Positions 1-10,357 are shown, numbered from the stretch's first letter. The stretch: 37,623 nucleotides of DNA from a virus (IMGVR_UViG_3300025610_000065:1-37623), one strand, 5' to 3'. Notes: a model not told the origin generated them from the sequence alone. Made by a program: numbers and translations.

Positions 1-2
1 AT

Positions 3-347
3 GCAAAAGTTGATTTAACCTCAACCGATCTTACTGTTTTATATACTGCACCTAGTGGAGCAGACTTTAATGCTTCTATTGTAAATTCTATAATAGTTTC
101 AGAAGATAGCGGTAATGCTGATACGTTAACACTAACTATTACAAATGGCAGTGACGTATTTAGCTTGTTTAAAGTAAAGGCAGTAGGTGCAAACGGTACT
201 GTTGAGTTATTGACAAGAGACTTAGTTTTACAAAGTGGTGAAGTATTGAAAGTACAAGCTGCAACAGCAAATAGACTACATGTTGTAGCAAGTATACAAG
301 AGTTATCTAAGACAAGAGTAACAACAAGTGCGTTAGCACAGATATAG
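3..347 (+). CDS. 5'-truncated probable virion structural protein
   Basis: Frame is open from the window edge (AKVDLTSTDLTVLYTAPSG...), so it is longer than the 165..347 track ORF; beta-rich, upstream of the ejection-protein cluster. Confidence 0.6.
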   Translation, partial: AKVDLTSTDLTVLYTAPSGADFNASIVNSIIVSEDSGNADTLTLTITNGSDVFSLFKVKAVGANGTVELLTRDLVLQSGEVLKVQAATANRLHVVASIQELSKTRVTTSALAQI

Positions 348-349
348 GA

Positions 350-378
350 TTGAACAAATATTTAAAATAAGGTAATGT
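350..378 (+). promoter_or_regulatory. sigma70-like promoter, probably giving a leaderless mRNA
   Basis: TTGAAC(350-355)-17 bp-TAATGT(373-378); ATG at 385 has no SD. Confidence 0.4.
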
Positions 379-384
379 GTTAGA

Positions 385-1218
385 ATGGGTATAGGTAAAT
401 TATTAAAAAAAATTGCTCCTGTAGCACTTAGTGCATATTTTGGACCTAGCGTTGGAGCTGGTATAGGACAATTGTTCGGTGCTTCTGCTGTCAATCCGTT
501 CATATCAAGAGCAGTAACAGGAGCTTTAGCCAGTAAACTTGGTGGTAGTAAAAACAAAGATGCTCTCATGGCTGGTTTGTTATCAGGTGGATTAGGTGCA
601 ATGTTTGGTGGTGGAACTGGTGCAGAAGCTGGATCAAACGCAACAAACCAAGCTGCTGTTAAAGCTGGAACAATTGGAAAAGATATGTCAAAAGAACTTG
701 CTCGTAATCAAGCAGTTCCAGATAGTGCTTTATTTAGCAAGACAGCAACTGATGTGGCTTCCGAAGGTATTAAAGGTGTAACCACAGGTGGTGGTAATTC
801 TGGTAGCTTTTTGAATGCTTTAGGTATTGGTGATGACACTATTGCAAATAAGTTTTTAAGTTCAGGTTTAGGACAAGGATTAACCGCTGGATTGTTAATG
901 CAATTACTAGCTGGTGGTGAAGATGAAGGCGACATGAGATCAGAATTTGAAAGAAGACCTTTTGGATACGGAGGACCTGGTGGCAGACTTGGTGGTATAA
1001 CATACGCTAACATGGGAGGACCTATGGGTTTTCCTCGTAGAAATGGTGGTATAGACCCAAGCGAAGGTTCTGGACGTAAAGATGATGTACCTGCTATGCT
1101 TATGGCAGGTGAATTTGTATTGACAAAAGATGCGGTTAAAGGATTAGGTGATGGAAATCAAAGAAAAGGTATTCAAAGAGCTTATAATATGATGGATAAC
1201 TTGGAGGCTAGAGCATAA
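385..1218 (+). CDS. Gly/Ala-rich internal virion (DNA transfer/ejection) protein
   Basis: Amphipathic Gly-rich N-terminus; C-terminal GG..GSGRKDDVPAMLMAGEFVLTKDAV resembles a motif common in tape-measure/ejection proteins; operon position. Confidence 0.6.
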   Translation: MGIGKLLKKIAPVALSAYFGPSVGAGIGQLFGASAVNPFISRAVTGALASKLGGSKNKDALMAGLLSGGLGAMFGGGTGAEAGSNATNQAAVKAGTIGKDMSKELARNQAVPDSALFSKTATDVASEGIKGVTTGGGNSGSFLNALGIGDDTIANKFLSSGLGQGLTAGLLMQLLAGGEDEGDMRSEFERRPFGYGGPGGRLGGITYANMGGPMGFPRRNGGIDPSEGSGRKDDVPAMLMAGEFVLTKDAVKGLGDGNQRKGIQRAYNMMDNLEARA

Positions 1219-2222
1219 TGGCAACTCAAACCTATGAAAATATACAACGATTACCTCCTTTTCTTGAAGGTCTGCAAAAAAGATTGTTGCAAACGGGATT
1301 CGGTGAATTTGATGGTGACACACAAACTACTAAAGGTTTACTAGACTCTCCTTTAGGTTTGCCAGATTATCAAATAGCTGGAATGGATACACTTCGTAAA
1401 GATGCAATAAACTTAGGCGAAGGAATGGCTGGCACTTACAAGCCTTTTATTGAAGGAGCTTCACAGCAAGGTTTAGCTGGTCAACAGGCATTGGCTAGTG
1501 GCTTGGGTATGTTACAGCCAGGTCAGTCACAAAAATTTACTGATCCTTTAGTCGCACAAACAACTGCAAATATATCTAAATTTCAAGATCCATTTCAACA
1601 ACAAGTTATTGATAGAACAATGGCACAGCTTGATAGACAAGCTGGATTAAGACAAGCTGGAGCAGATGCGGCAGCCGTACAAGCAGGTGCATTTGGTGGG
1701 TCAAGACAAGGTGTTCAAAGAGCAGAAACAGAACGTAATTTACAAGACACAAAAGCTGATACGTTAGCTAGATTGCTATCTTCTGGATTTGGTCAATCGT
1801 TAAAAGCATCACAAGATGCCGCTGGAGCGGGTTTAAAAGCTCAACTAGAGTCAGGAAGACTAGCTGGCGGTCTTGGGCAAGCATTTGGAACCTTGGCTGG
1901 CACAACGTCAGATATAGGTCGTTTGCAACAAGCATTAGGTCAAGCAGATGTATCGCAGTTAAGTCAGTTAGGTGCAATGAGACAAGCTCAACAACAGGCT
2001 CAACTGGATGCACAAAGACAAAATGCAATGCAAACAGCTCAAGAGCCTTACACAAGATTACAATTAGGTCAGAACTTGTTGCAAGGAATGCCAAGTGCAA
2101 GTATTCCATCTACGTTTACGCAAGCAACAACACCTTCTGCTAATCCATTCTTACAAGGTATAGGTGCTTACACAACATTGTCACAGATCGCACCTTTTGG
2201 TGGCGGTCAAAAAAGCTCATAA
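1218..2222 (+). CDS. Gln/Ala-rich internal virion (pilot/ejection) protein
   Basis: Helical Q/A-rich, AGAFGGSRQGV motif typical of podovirus ejection proteins; TAATG coupling. Confidence 0.6.
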   Translation: MATQTYENIQRLPPFLEGLQKRLLQTGFGEFDGDTQTTKGLLDSPLGLPDYQIAGMDTLRKDAINLGEGMAGTYKPFIEGASQQGLAGQQALASGLGMLQPGQSQKFTDPLVAQTTANISKFQDPFQQQVIDRTMAQLDRQAGLRQAGADAAAVQAGAFGGSRQGVQRAETERNLQDTKADTLARLLSSGFGQSLKASQDAAGAGLKAQLESGRLAGGLGQAFGTLAGTTSDIGRLQQALGQADVSQLSQLGAMRQAQQQAQLDAQRQNAMQTAQEPYTRLQLGQNLLQGMPSASIPSTFTQATTPSANPFLQGIGAYTTLSQIAPFGGGQKSS

Positions 2223-2231
2223 GGTTTAGGC

Positions 2232-4106
2232 ATGGCTATTAACGATAGATTTGCAAGTGGTTTTTCTGGATTAAATAAACCTGGTTACATTACAATTCCA
2301 GATCTTATTAAGCCAGCAAATCCAATTAATCAATTAGATCCTAAACTAATTCGTAATTTAGGAATAGAAAGTGCTATACCAACTTCTGATAAACTTTTAA
2401 AACAATTAAGTGATAAAAAAGATTCTTTATTATTTTCTCCTGATTCAAATATAAATCCAAAAATTATAAAAAAAAGATTGGCTGATCTTAATCAAATAGA
2501 AGATGAAAAAGCAGCATCAGGTGAATTAACATCATTGAGAGATTTTAGACCTCAAGGTTCTTTGTCAGGAATAGGTGAAATTGATTTAGCTCAAGAAAGT
2601 AATCAAACATTAGGAGATAAATTAGCAGGATTAGATGGATCATCTACTGGAGCTGGTGCTAATAAAAAAACAGAGCTAGAAGCTAAAATACTTGAAAATC
2701 AACAAATAGCGGAAGAAGAACGAGGAATAGCTGGAGAAATAACAGGCGATGAAATAGGAGCTACAGATCCTGTGGATGCTCCTAAGAGTAAATTTCAAAA
2801 AAATCAAGAAAGTTTACAAGCATTATTTACATCAGCTATGGATGAACAAAAACAATTGTTCGGTGATTTAGCAGATGAAACTGGTAACAAAACTATAGAA
2901 GATTACAAAGCTGACTTTCAGAAAGCTACAGGTATAGATGTATCAGGTGAGCCAGATAACAAGATGGCACTTATGTCTTTAGGATTGTCCTTGATGCAAA
3001 ACAAAGCAGGTAAAGGATTTAACCTTAGTAACATACTTACATCTGTTGGTGAAGCTGGTGAAGCTGCTATGCCAGCATTTCAGAAAGCTAAAGATGATGC
3101 TAGAGCTGGTCAAATAGCTGCTGGTAAGTTTGCTCTGCAACAGACACAAGCTGATGAAAAAACTAAACTAGCGTTAGCTAAAGAAAAGCGACTAGCTCTT
3201 AGTGCATTAAGCAAAGAGTTTAGAACTAAAGCAGAGAATAGGTTTTTAAAGAAAGAAGATCATTTAAATCAAATGGAGCAAAAAGAATTAACTGAAACAA
3301 TTAAACTTAGGGCAGCAATGATAAAAGCTGGTAATAAAGCTAATGAATTAACTGGTAAAGTTTTAAAAATTAGCCCTATTGATGGACAAGGAAATCTTTC
3401 ATATAGTAAATCTTTTAAAAAAGATGCGGGTGAAGGAAGTAGCGTAACTATTTTTAACAATGCTCCAGAAGATATAAGAAGATTTAAAAATGCTTTTGGA
3501 AACATAAAACAAGCTAGAAATTCGTTGTCAAACATTCAAACCCTTAACAATCAATTATTATCAACTGGTACAATCCCTGCATTTGAAATAGTTAGTGATA
3601 GTATTAAAAATGTAGGAGTTGCCCTTGGCATAAAACCTGAAACTTTATTTAAAGATCAAGTTTTATCTGATGGTAAAGGTGGTTTTACTTTGAAAAAAGG
3701 TGTGTCTAGGTCAGATTTATCTAAAACATTAAGAGATCAATTAGTAGTTCAATATAAAAGATTTTTAACACAAGAAACTGGGAATGGTATTTCTAATAAA
3801 GATGTTGAGATGGTTAATAAATTACTTGGTGAAGTTGCAGTATTAACAAATCCACAAGCCGCTAATGAAAAATTAGCCGCAATAGATGCTATTTTTCAAA
3901 AAAGTGAAGATCAAGTTGTAAACGTATTTACAGCATTTAGAGACAGAGACAGTTATATGAATGAAGCTCAATATAAAAAAGCTATGGGTGTTTTAGGTGA
4001 AGATGCAAATAATACAGAAACATATAAGTTTGGAACAACAGGCAGAGCTTTTAATGTAAGAATGGGTCAAAACGGAAGAATGATTTATAGCTTGAAGACA
4101 AAGTAA
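2232..4106 (+). CDS. large helical protein, probable internal virion protein
   Basis: 624 aa coiled-coil-rich ORF within the ejection cluster. Confidence 0.5.
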   Translation: MAINDRFASGFSGLNKPGYITIPDLIKPANPINQLDPKLIRNLGIESAIPTSDKLLKQLSDKKDSLLFSPDSNINPKIIKKRLADLNQIEDEKAASGELTSLRDFRPQGSLSGIGEIDLAQESNQTLGDKLAGLDGSSTGAGANKKTELEAKILENQQIAEEERGIAGEITGDEIGATDPVDAPKSKFQKNQESLQALFTSAMDEQKQLFGDLADETGNKTIEDYKADFQKATGIDVSGEPDNKMALMSLGLSLMQNKAGKGFNLSNILTSVGEAGEAAMPAFQKAKDDARAGQIAAGKFALQQTQADEKTKLALAKEKRLALSALSKEFRTKAENRFLKKEDHLNQMEQKELTETIKLRAAMIKAGNKANELTGKVLKISPIDGQGNLSYSKSFKKDAGEGSSVTIFNNAPEDIRRFKNAFGNIKQARNSLSNIQTLNNQLLSTGTIPAFEIVSDSIKNVGVALGIKPETLFKDQVLSDGKGGFTLKKGVSRSDLSKTLRDQLVVQYKRFLTQETGNGISNKDVEMVNKLLGEVAVLTNPQAANEKLAAIDAIFQKSEDQVVNVFTAFRDRDSYMNEAQYKKAMGVLGEDANNTETYKFGTTGRAFNVRMGQNGRMIYSLKTK

Positions 4107-4115
4107 GGATTAGTT

Positions 4116-7100
4116 ATGGCTTTAATAACAATTGAATTACCAAATGAATCTTTTGATGTTGAAATAGAAGGCGATCAGCCTAACGAAGCTGAACAAGCCG
4201 CTATTGAAAGTTTAATAAGACAAAAGACTTTAGAAACAGACACTTCAAGTACAGAAGAAACAGTAGAAGAAGCTCCTAAGTTTGACACTGGCACTGGTAT
4301 AAGTAGTGGATCATTAAGAGCTGCTTTGTCTATGGCAGAAAATAACGAAGAAGAAGACTTAATATTAGCAAAGTTTGGTATAGAAGAAGGCGAATACCTG
4401 CGTGATAATCGTGGAAGATTAGCTCTTACACCTGAAGGAGCGTCAAAGGTAGGTCAAGAAATAACTCAAAACACATTAATAGATGAAGAAGGATTTAGTA
4501 AATATGACTTTGCTGATCTTGCCAGTATAGCTCCAGAACTTATCGGTGGTGTTACTGGTGCAATTAAAGGAGCAGCTTTTGGTTCAGTTGTGCCTGGTCT
4601 TGGAACTATTTTAGGTGGTGCAATTGGTGCTGGTTTAGGATCAGGAGCAGGTCAAGGTGTTGAAGAAATAATAGAAGGTTTAGCTGGTGTGTCTAAACAA
4701 TCAGCAGCCTCAATTGCAGGAGACATAGGAACAGAAGCAGCTATAGGATTTGTTGGTGATCTGACATTTGGTGTGGCAGGAGCTTTGTTTAAAACTGCTA
4801 AAGGTATGACTTATGGATTAAAAGAATTACCACCGCAAGAAGCAAAGGCGGCAGCAGAATCAATAGGATTAAAAGTACCAGTAAAAGATCCTACAGGAGA
4901 ACCTTTAAAGTTATTAGATGAATTAGGACAACCTGTTAAGAATGCAGATGGCACGGATAAGATGTTACTAGATGTTCAAGGTAATCCCGTCATAGGTCGT
5001 TATGAAGACGCTGGATTAAAGCCAAGTTTAGCGGCTATTGGAGCATCTGGTATTATATCAAGAAAAGAAAAGATTATTGAAAAAGTTATAGGACCTACTC
5101 AAAAGCAACAAGAAAACTATCAAAATATGTTAAAAAATATTAACTATTTTAAAAGTTTAACTGGTGATGCTGGAGAAACATCCGCAGAAGAAGTTGGACA
5201 AATATTATCAAAAGGTGTCCAAGAAGAAGGAGCAATATTAAATACTGTTACTCAAGATGCTCAAAAAAGTGTATTAGAAACATTAGATGGAATCGTTGGT
5301 GCTTTTGGAAAGTCAACTACAAAAGATGTTCAATTAAATGATGAAATATTTTCTATTTTAAAAAAATCATCTGAATCATTTGATGATTTAAATACTCAAA
5401 TGTTTGGTAGAATAGATGATGTTTTAGCAGACACTCTCAAAGACCCAAATTTTTTAAGCACAGGCTCATTAAAATCATTAGCTAGTAGATTAGAAGCAAA
5501 AACATCTTCTGCGGCTATATTTGATGCTAATATTGGAGCGGCTAAATCAACATCAAAAGCTGGTGTAGCTAAAGCATTAGTAGATAGTATTAATAGTTTA
5601 GGTGAATATACAAGTTTTTCTCAGTTATATAATTTAAGAAGTGCAATAGGTGATGCAGCCAGAGTTACTGGAACAAAAAATGGCGGTAGATTTTTACAAA
5701 AAGCATTAGCAGAAATAGATACAAAATTAACAAGTAAAAATTTTAAAGCTGAATTAGCAAATTATACTGATAGAACTCAACAAGTTGTAACTGGACAAAT
5801 GAGAACAAAACTTGATGACGCAGCTAACAGTTTAGATGAATCAAGAGCTTTCTTTGCTAAAGGAACAGATTTATTTGAGACATTTGGAGATCATATAAAT
5901 GTTAAATCATTAAATAAATTAATTATGGCAGGTAAAGATCCTAATATTGATTTTGCTAAAAAACTTATAAGAGACGGAAATCCAAAACCATTACAAAGTG
6001 CTTTAAATGCAATCAAAGGAATGACACAACGATCCGCTGATGATGTGTCTCAAGAAGCTGGATTAGGTATAAAAAGAGCTGAAAGATTAAGAGGTAGGTT
6101 AGCTAATAGTTGGATAAGAGAAGCAATGGATGATGCCACTGGTAAAGTTGTTGGTGGACTTCCAGATGATTTGGCTTTCTCTGGTGTTAAGTTTTCACAA
6201 GCTATAGATAATTTAGGAGCGACTGCTGATACTTTATTTGGAAGTCAGGCAGGTGCAGTAAAGGCACTAGCTAAACAATTAAGAATGACATCTAACTCAA
6301 AAATGACTCCTGAAGCCGTAAAAAAAGCAATTGATGAAGGTGCGCCTAAAGATTTAGTAGATGCTTTACGAGAAGTAAATATAGCTCAAAGACAACTAAC
6401 ACAGTTTGAAAACAACTCTGCTTTAAAAGCATTGAACAATGAAAGTATAACACCACTAATAGCATCAGAAACATTGGCGAAACCTAGTGCTAAAGCTGAA
6501 TCTGTTGAAGCTGTTATGAAGTTTTTTAAAGATAGAGCTGATAGAGCTGTAGGCAAAGATCCAGCATTATTAACAAAAGCTCAAGAAGACCTGGCTAAAA
6601 TGCAAAACTTTTATATGAACAATGTATTAAAAGATTTTGGTGGTGATGCTTTTATTGATGGGTCTTCTATGAAGGCTTTTGCTAAAAGTTTTAATGAAGG
6701 TGGAGCAAATGGTAAGTTTCGTTCTGTATTTGGCGAAGAAACGGGTCTACAATTAGAACAATTTGGTAGAGCGTTAAATACTTTAACAAAACAAGCTCAA
6801 GGCGGTGATCTTATAGCCGCCAACATTGCATCTGCACCTTTTCAAAACATAGGAAAATTAGCTAACTTTAGCATTGTAGGTAAATTTTTATTAAACAAAC
6901 CTTATTTTAACAGATTTATGAATGATTATAAAGCTCAAGCTGCTGGTCAAAAAGATCCTAGCAAAGCTAGGTTGTTCTTAGGTATGTTTACTGAAGCAAT
7001 GGCACAATTTAGCGCACAAGCACCTGGTCAATTGATGCAAGAAGCTGTAAATGAAGGTGCAAAACAATTATCGGCTGTCTCTGATAGCGCTGGATTAACC

Positions 7101-7310
7101 TCAGAATTGCAAAATTTAAGGTCAAATATAGAAAGAGGCGTTGACCAAAACCGAACAAATGTTCGCCCTAACCAAACTGGAATGAACATACAACCAGCAT
7201 CAACTAATACAGGAATTGGAGCTATAGACGTTACTGATCCAAGTACAGCGTTAGCTTTAGGACTAAGCCCATCAATGCAAGCAATAGCCAGTAGGAATCA
7301 AACAGCATGA
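4116..7310 (+). CDS. large internal virion/ejection protein
   Basis: 1064 aa; Gly-zipper hydrophobic segment (GAIKGAAFGSVVPGLGTILGGAIGAGLG); last and largest of the cluster. Confidence 0.6.
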   Translation: MALITIELPNESFDVEIEGDQPNEAEQAAIESLIRQKTLETDTSSTEETVEEAPKFDTGTGISSGSLRAALSMAENNEEEDLILAKFGIEEGEYLRDNRGRLALTPEGASKVGQEITQNTLIDEEGFSKYDFADLASIAPELIGGVTGAIKGAAFGSVVPGLGTILGGAIGAGLGSGAGQGVEEIIEGLAGVSKQSAASIAGDIGTEAAIGFVGDLTFGVAGALFKTAKGMTYGLKELPPQEAKAAAESIGLKVPVKDPTGEPLKLLDELGQPVKNADGTDKMLLDVQGNPVIGRYEDAGLKPSLAAIGASGIISRKEKIIEKVIGPTQKQQENYQNMLKNINYFKSLTGDAGETSAEEVGQILSKGVQEEGAILNTVTQDAQKSVLETLDGIVGAFGKSTTKDVQLNDEIFSILKKSSESFDDLNTQMFGRIDDVLADTLKDPNFLSTGSLKSLASRLEAKTSSAAIFDANIGAAKSTSKAGVAKALVDSINSLGEYTSFSQLYNLRSAIGDAARVTGTKNGGRFLQKALAEIDTKLTSKNFKAELANYTDRTQQVVTGQMRTKLDDAANSLDESRAFFAKGTDLFETFGDHINVKSLNKLIMAGKDPNIDFAKKLIRDGNPKPLQSALNAIKGMTQRSADDVSQEAGLGIKRAERLRGRLANSWIREAMDDATGKVVGGLPDDLAFSGVKFSQAIDNLGATADTLFGSQAGAVKALAKQLRMTSNSKMTPEAVKKAIDEGAPKDLVDALREVNIAQRQLTQFENNSALKALNNESITPLIASETLAKPSAKAESVEAVMKFFKDRADRAVGKDPALLTKAQEDLAKMQNFYMNNVLKDFGGDAFIDGSSMKAFAKSFNEGGANGKFRSVFGEETGLQLEQFGRALNTLTKQAQGGDLIAANIASAPFQNIGKLANFSIVGKFLLNKPYFNRFMNDYKAQAAGQKDPSKARLFLGMFTEAMAQFSAQAPGQLMQEAVNEGAKQLSAVSDSAGLTSELQNLRSNIERGVDQNRTNVRPNQTGMNIQPASTNTGIGAIDVTDPSTALALGLSPSMQAIASRNQTA

Positions 7311-7768
7311 ATATAGACGAATTAAGAGAAGAATTAAAAGAAGATGAAGGTTGTAAGTACGAAATTTACTTAGATCATTTAGGTTTGCCCACATTTGGTA
7401 TAGGTCATTTAGTTACTGAATGGGATGAAGAATATGAAAAGCCAGTAGGAACACCAGTATCAGAAGAAAGAGTAAATAAATGCTTTAAAGTGGATGTTGA
7501 AGGAACAATATCAGAGTGCAAAAAATTATTTAATAACTTTGATAATTTGCCAGAAGAAGTACAAAAAATCTGTGCAAACATGATGTTCAATATGGGTCGT
7601 CCTCGTTTATCTGGTTTTAAAAAGTTTTGTGCCGCCATAGCTGATGAAGATTGGCTTGAATGTGCCGTGCAAATGGAAGATTCAAGATGGCATAAGCAAG
7701 TCACTAACCGTGCCAATCGTTTAATTAAAAGAATGGAAGCCATAGGTATAAAAGAACAAGTCGCTTAA
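7307..7768 (+). CDS. endolysin, T4-lysozyme-like muramidase (GH24)
   Basis: DEG..YEIYLDHLGLPTFGIGHL (E-D-T catalytic pattern), MMFNMG, DSRWHKQV..RA.RL. Confidence 0.9.
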   Translation: MNIDELREELKEDEGCKYEIYLDHLGLPTFGIGHLVTEWDEEYEKPVGTPVSEERVNKCFKVDVEGTISECKKLFNNFDNLPEEVQKICANMMFNMGRPRLSGFKKFCAAIADEDWLECAVQMEDSRWHKQVTNRANRLIKRMEAIGIKEQVA

Positions 7769-7956
7769 TTATTAAGTGTACCTAAACCTAAACGAGTAAC
7801 ATTGTCTTCTTCTTTAAATCTATTTGAATAATCTTTATCAACCCATATAGATATTTGTTGACGTACATTACGTCTTTCATCATCGCAAATACGTTTTAAT
7901 TTATAATAAGTATCAGTATCTATACCAATGGACTTGAATTTTTTTGGATCTGCCAT
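7765..7956 (-). CDS. ribbon-helix-helix (Arc/CopG-like) DNA-binding protein, 63 aa
   Basis: MADPKKFKSIGIDTDTYYKLKRICDDERRNVRQQISIWVD strand-helix-helix pattern; SD GGAG upstream of ATG 7956; only credible minus-strand gene. Confidence 0.65.
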   Translation of the reverse strand: MADPKKFKSIGIDTDTYYKLKRICDDERRNVRQQISIWVDKDYSNRFKEEDNVTRLGLGTLNN

Positions 7957-7962
7957 TACAAT
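7934..7962 (+). promoter_or_regulatory. sigma70-like promoter for the DUF1064 gene (leaderless)
   Basis: TTGAAT-17 bp-TACAAT; predicted start coincides with ATG 7970, which lacks an SD. Confidence 0.5.
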
Positions 7963-7969
7963 AACTCCC

Positions 7970-8347
7970 ATGTATAACAATAATAAACGAATTATAACCC
8001 GAAAATTTGGGAAACCCAACAAGTATTTCGCAAAAAAAACAGTCGCAATGGGTCTAAAGTTTGATTCAAGATGGGAAGCAGAGCGTTGGGGTCAATTAAA
8101 AGCTATGGAAAGAGCTGGTGTGGTTGATCAATTAGACAGACAAGTTAAGTACGAATTAAATGTAAATAGTCAAAAAATATGTAATTATATTGCTGACTTT
8201 ACATATCTATTAATAGAAGAAGATGGATCATCTAGATTCATAGTTGAAGACGCTAAAGGTGTTCTTACGCCTGAGTTTAAGCTAAAGAAAAAACTTATGC
8301 TTGCCATACATAATATAGATATTTTATTAACTTTCAAAAAAAAATGA
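7970..8347 (+). CDS. DUF1064-family PD-(D/E)XK endonuclease
   Basis: NKY.AKKT...FDSRWEA.R, YIADF.Y, VEDAKG..TPEFKLKKKLM. Confidence 0.85.
   Translation: MYNNNKRIITRKFGKPNKYFAKKTVAMGLKFDSRWEAERWGQLKAMERAGVVDQLDRQVKYELNVNSQKICNYIADFTYLLIEEDGSSRFIVEDAKGVLTPEFKLKKKLMLAIHNIDILLTFKKK
7991..8019 (-). promoter_or_regulatory. leftward promoter for the RHH gene with overlapping palindrome
   Basis: Minus strand TTGGGT-17 bp-TATAAT; TTGGG-AAA-CCCAA palindrome at 8007-8019. Confidence 0.4.
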
Positions 8348-8358
8348 TAGAACAAGTA

Positions 8359-8388
8359 TTGACTTTATTGTAACTAGTGCTATATATG
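8359..8388 (+). promoter_or_regulatory. promoter of the replication operon
   Basis: TTGACT then TATATA/TATATG at 16-18 bp; strong SD AAGGAGGT before ATG 8420. Confidence 0.5.
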
Positions 8389-8419
8389 AAGTTCTAGCTT
8401 ATTAACAAGGAGGTCAATT

Positions 8420-8875
8420 ATGACAAAAGAGCGAGATGTCGCATTTCAGAGCTACTTTGAAATGGACACTAAGAATTTATTCCAACACAGAAATGAACTC
8501 AAACAAAGATATGATACAGCTAAGAAAGAATTGGCTTTAATCAATGAAGTCTTAGATGCTAAACATTATAATGATGCTCGTAATGAACTTGCGAGACAGA
8601 ATAAAAATTTTGGTACAGTTACAATCCATACTCCTAACAGTAATTTACAAATGAAAATTAATGTTAAGAAGAAAGTTTCTTGGGATCAAGCTGGTCTTAT
8701 GACTACACTTGATACTCAAATGGATGCAGAAGATGCAAGACATTATGGTAAGGTAAGTGTTACTATTGAGGAGCGTAAATATAACAACGCTCCACCAGCT
8801 ATAAAAGCTCTCCTTGAGCCACATAGAACTGTCGAGATAGCATCAACAACCTACGAACTTGAGGAGGTAGAATAA
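8420..8875 (+). CDS. hypothetical phage protein of the recombination module
   Basis: Strong SD, coiled-coil N-terminus, KKVSWDQ motif, coupled to the AAA_24 gene. Confidence 0.6.
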   Translation: MTKERDVAFQSYFEMDTKNLFQHRNELKQRYDTAKKELALINEVLDAKHYNDARNELARQNKNFGTVTIHTPNSNLQMKINVKKKVSWDQAGLMTTLDTQMDAEDARHYGKVSVTIEERKYNNAPPAIKALLEPHRTVEIASTTYELEEVE

Positions 8876-9756
8876 TGGCATTGAATATAATTACAGCCGA
8901 ACAACGTATGGCTGAGAAAAAAGGTCATAAGATTGTTGTGTGTGGTCAGAGTGGAGTGGGTAAAACCACTCTTGCTCGGACTTTAGATGCAGATACTACA
9001 TTGTTCATGGACTTAGAGGCAGGTGATGCGGCTATCGAAGGGTGGCCCATAGACGTTATCCGACCTAAGACATGGGCTGAATGTCGTGACTTTGCATGTT
9101 TTTTAGGTGGTGGTAATCCATCTTTGACTGACGATCAATCTTATAGCCAAGTGCATTATGATTATGTAGTGCAACAATATGGTGATCCCTCTGAAATGAT
9201 GAAGAAATATGATACTATATTTATTGACAGTATTACTGTTGCTGGTAGATTATGTTTTCAGCATTGCATGGGTCAACCCGAAAATAGAACTAGAAACGGT
9301 ACAATAGACACTCGTGCTGTTTATGGTATGCAAGGTCGTGAAATGATGTCATGGCTAACGCATTTACAACATATTCGTGAAAAGAATGTTATTTTTGTTG
9401 GTATTCTTGACGAAAAAGTTGACGATTATGGTCGCAAGCTATTTGAACTACAAATAGAAGGCGCAAAGACAGGTCGTGAACTGCCAGGTATTGTTGATGA
9501 AGTTATCACAATGGCAGTTATGACAGGTGACGAAACAACAGGCACATACCGTGCTTTTGTATGTCAGACTTTAAATGAGTGGGGTTATCCAGCAAAAGAT
9601 AGATCGGGCAAACTCGATGTATTGGAAGAGCCACATTTAGGTAAACTTCTGACTAAAATGAGTGGCGGACAAAAGCAATCAGAAAGAGAGCTTACATTTG
9701 TTGATCCAGCCAAACAACCAACGTCTAGCAACGAAGGAGTAACTAATAATGCTTGA
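8875..9756 (+). CDS. AAA_24 / Sak4-like P-loop ATPase (recombinase)
   Basis: Walker A GQSGVGKT, Walker B IFIDSIT, DLEAG, C-terminal PAKDRSG. Confidence 0.85.
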   Translation: MALNIITAEQRMAEKKGHKIVVCGQSGVGKTTLARTLDADTTLFMDLEAGDAAIEGWPIDVIRPKTWAECRDFACFLGGGNPSLTDDQSYSQVHYDYVVQQYGDPSEMMKKYDTIFIDSITVAGRLCFQHCMGQPENRTRNGTIDTRAVYGMQGREMMSWLTHLQHIREKNVIFVGILDEKVDDYGRKLFELQIEGAKTGRELPGIVDEVITMAVMTGDETTGTYRAFVCQTLNEWGYPAKDRSGKLDVLEEPHLGKLLTKMSGGQKQSERELTFVDPAKQPTSSNEGVTNNA

Positions 9757-10357
9757 CTTAAATAATATAACCCCAGATGAGGGTAATGACTTTTCTTTAA
9801 TTCCACATGGAACTATTGCTCGTGCAATACTTTATATCAAACCACAGTTGGATGGTGTAAGGATTCCCGATTTAGCACAAGATGCTATATTTAGGCAATC
9901 AGCACATTCTTCAGCTAAATGGATTGAATGTGAATTTACCATTGTAGGTGGTGAGTTTGACAAACGTAAAGTTTGGCATAATATATTCTTTGATGGCGAT
10001 AAGAAAAATCAAAATGGTATTTCCGTATCAAAGGAAATAGGTCTTAGAACTCTTAGAGGTATTATTGATAGTGCCAAAGGGTTAAGTCCAAATGATGTTT
10101 CACCCGAAGCTAATGCTCTTAGACAAATACCAAGCCTTGAGGCAATTAATGGCATGGAGATTTGTATGAAGATTGCAGTTGAGAAAGGCACTAACGGTTA
10201 CGATGACAAGAATAAAATGCTTGCACCTGTAACTTTAAATCAAGATGGTTATATAGGTAGCGGTAATACGTCAGCACCTATGCAACCGACTGTGCAAGCT
10301 CAACCACAAGTGCAACAGCCTCAAAATGGTGTAACTCCATCTTGGGCAAATAAATAG
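9749..10357 (+). CDS. DUF669-like single-stranded DNA-binding protein
   Basis: DFSLIP.G N-terminus, EFTIVGGEFDKRKVW, Q/P-rich tail ending PSWA; follows the Sak4-like gene. Confidence 0.65.
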   Translation: MLDLNNITPDEGNDFSLIPHGTIARAILYIKPQLDGVRIPDLAQDAIFRQSAHSSAKWIECEFTIVGGEFDKRKVWHNIFFDGDKKNQNGISVSKEIGLRTLRGIIDSAKGLSPNDVSPEANALRQIPSLEAINGMEICMKIAVEKGTNGYDDKNKMLAPVTLNQDGYIGSGNTSAPMQPTVQAQPQVQQPQNGVTPSWANK

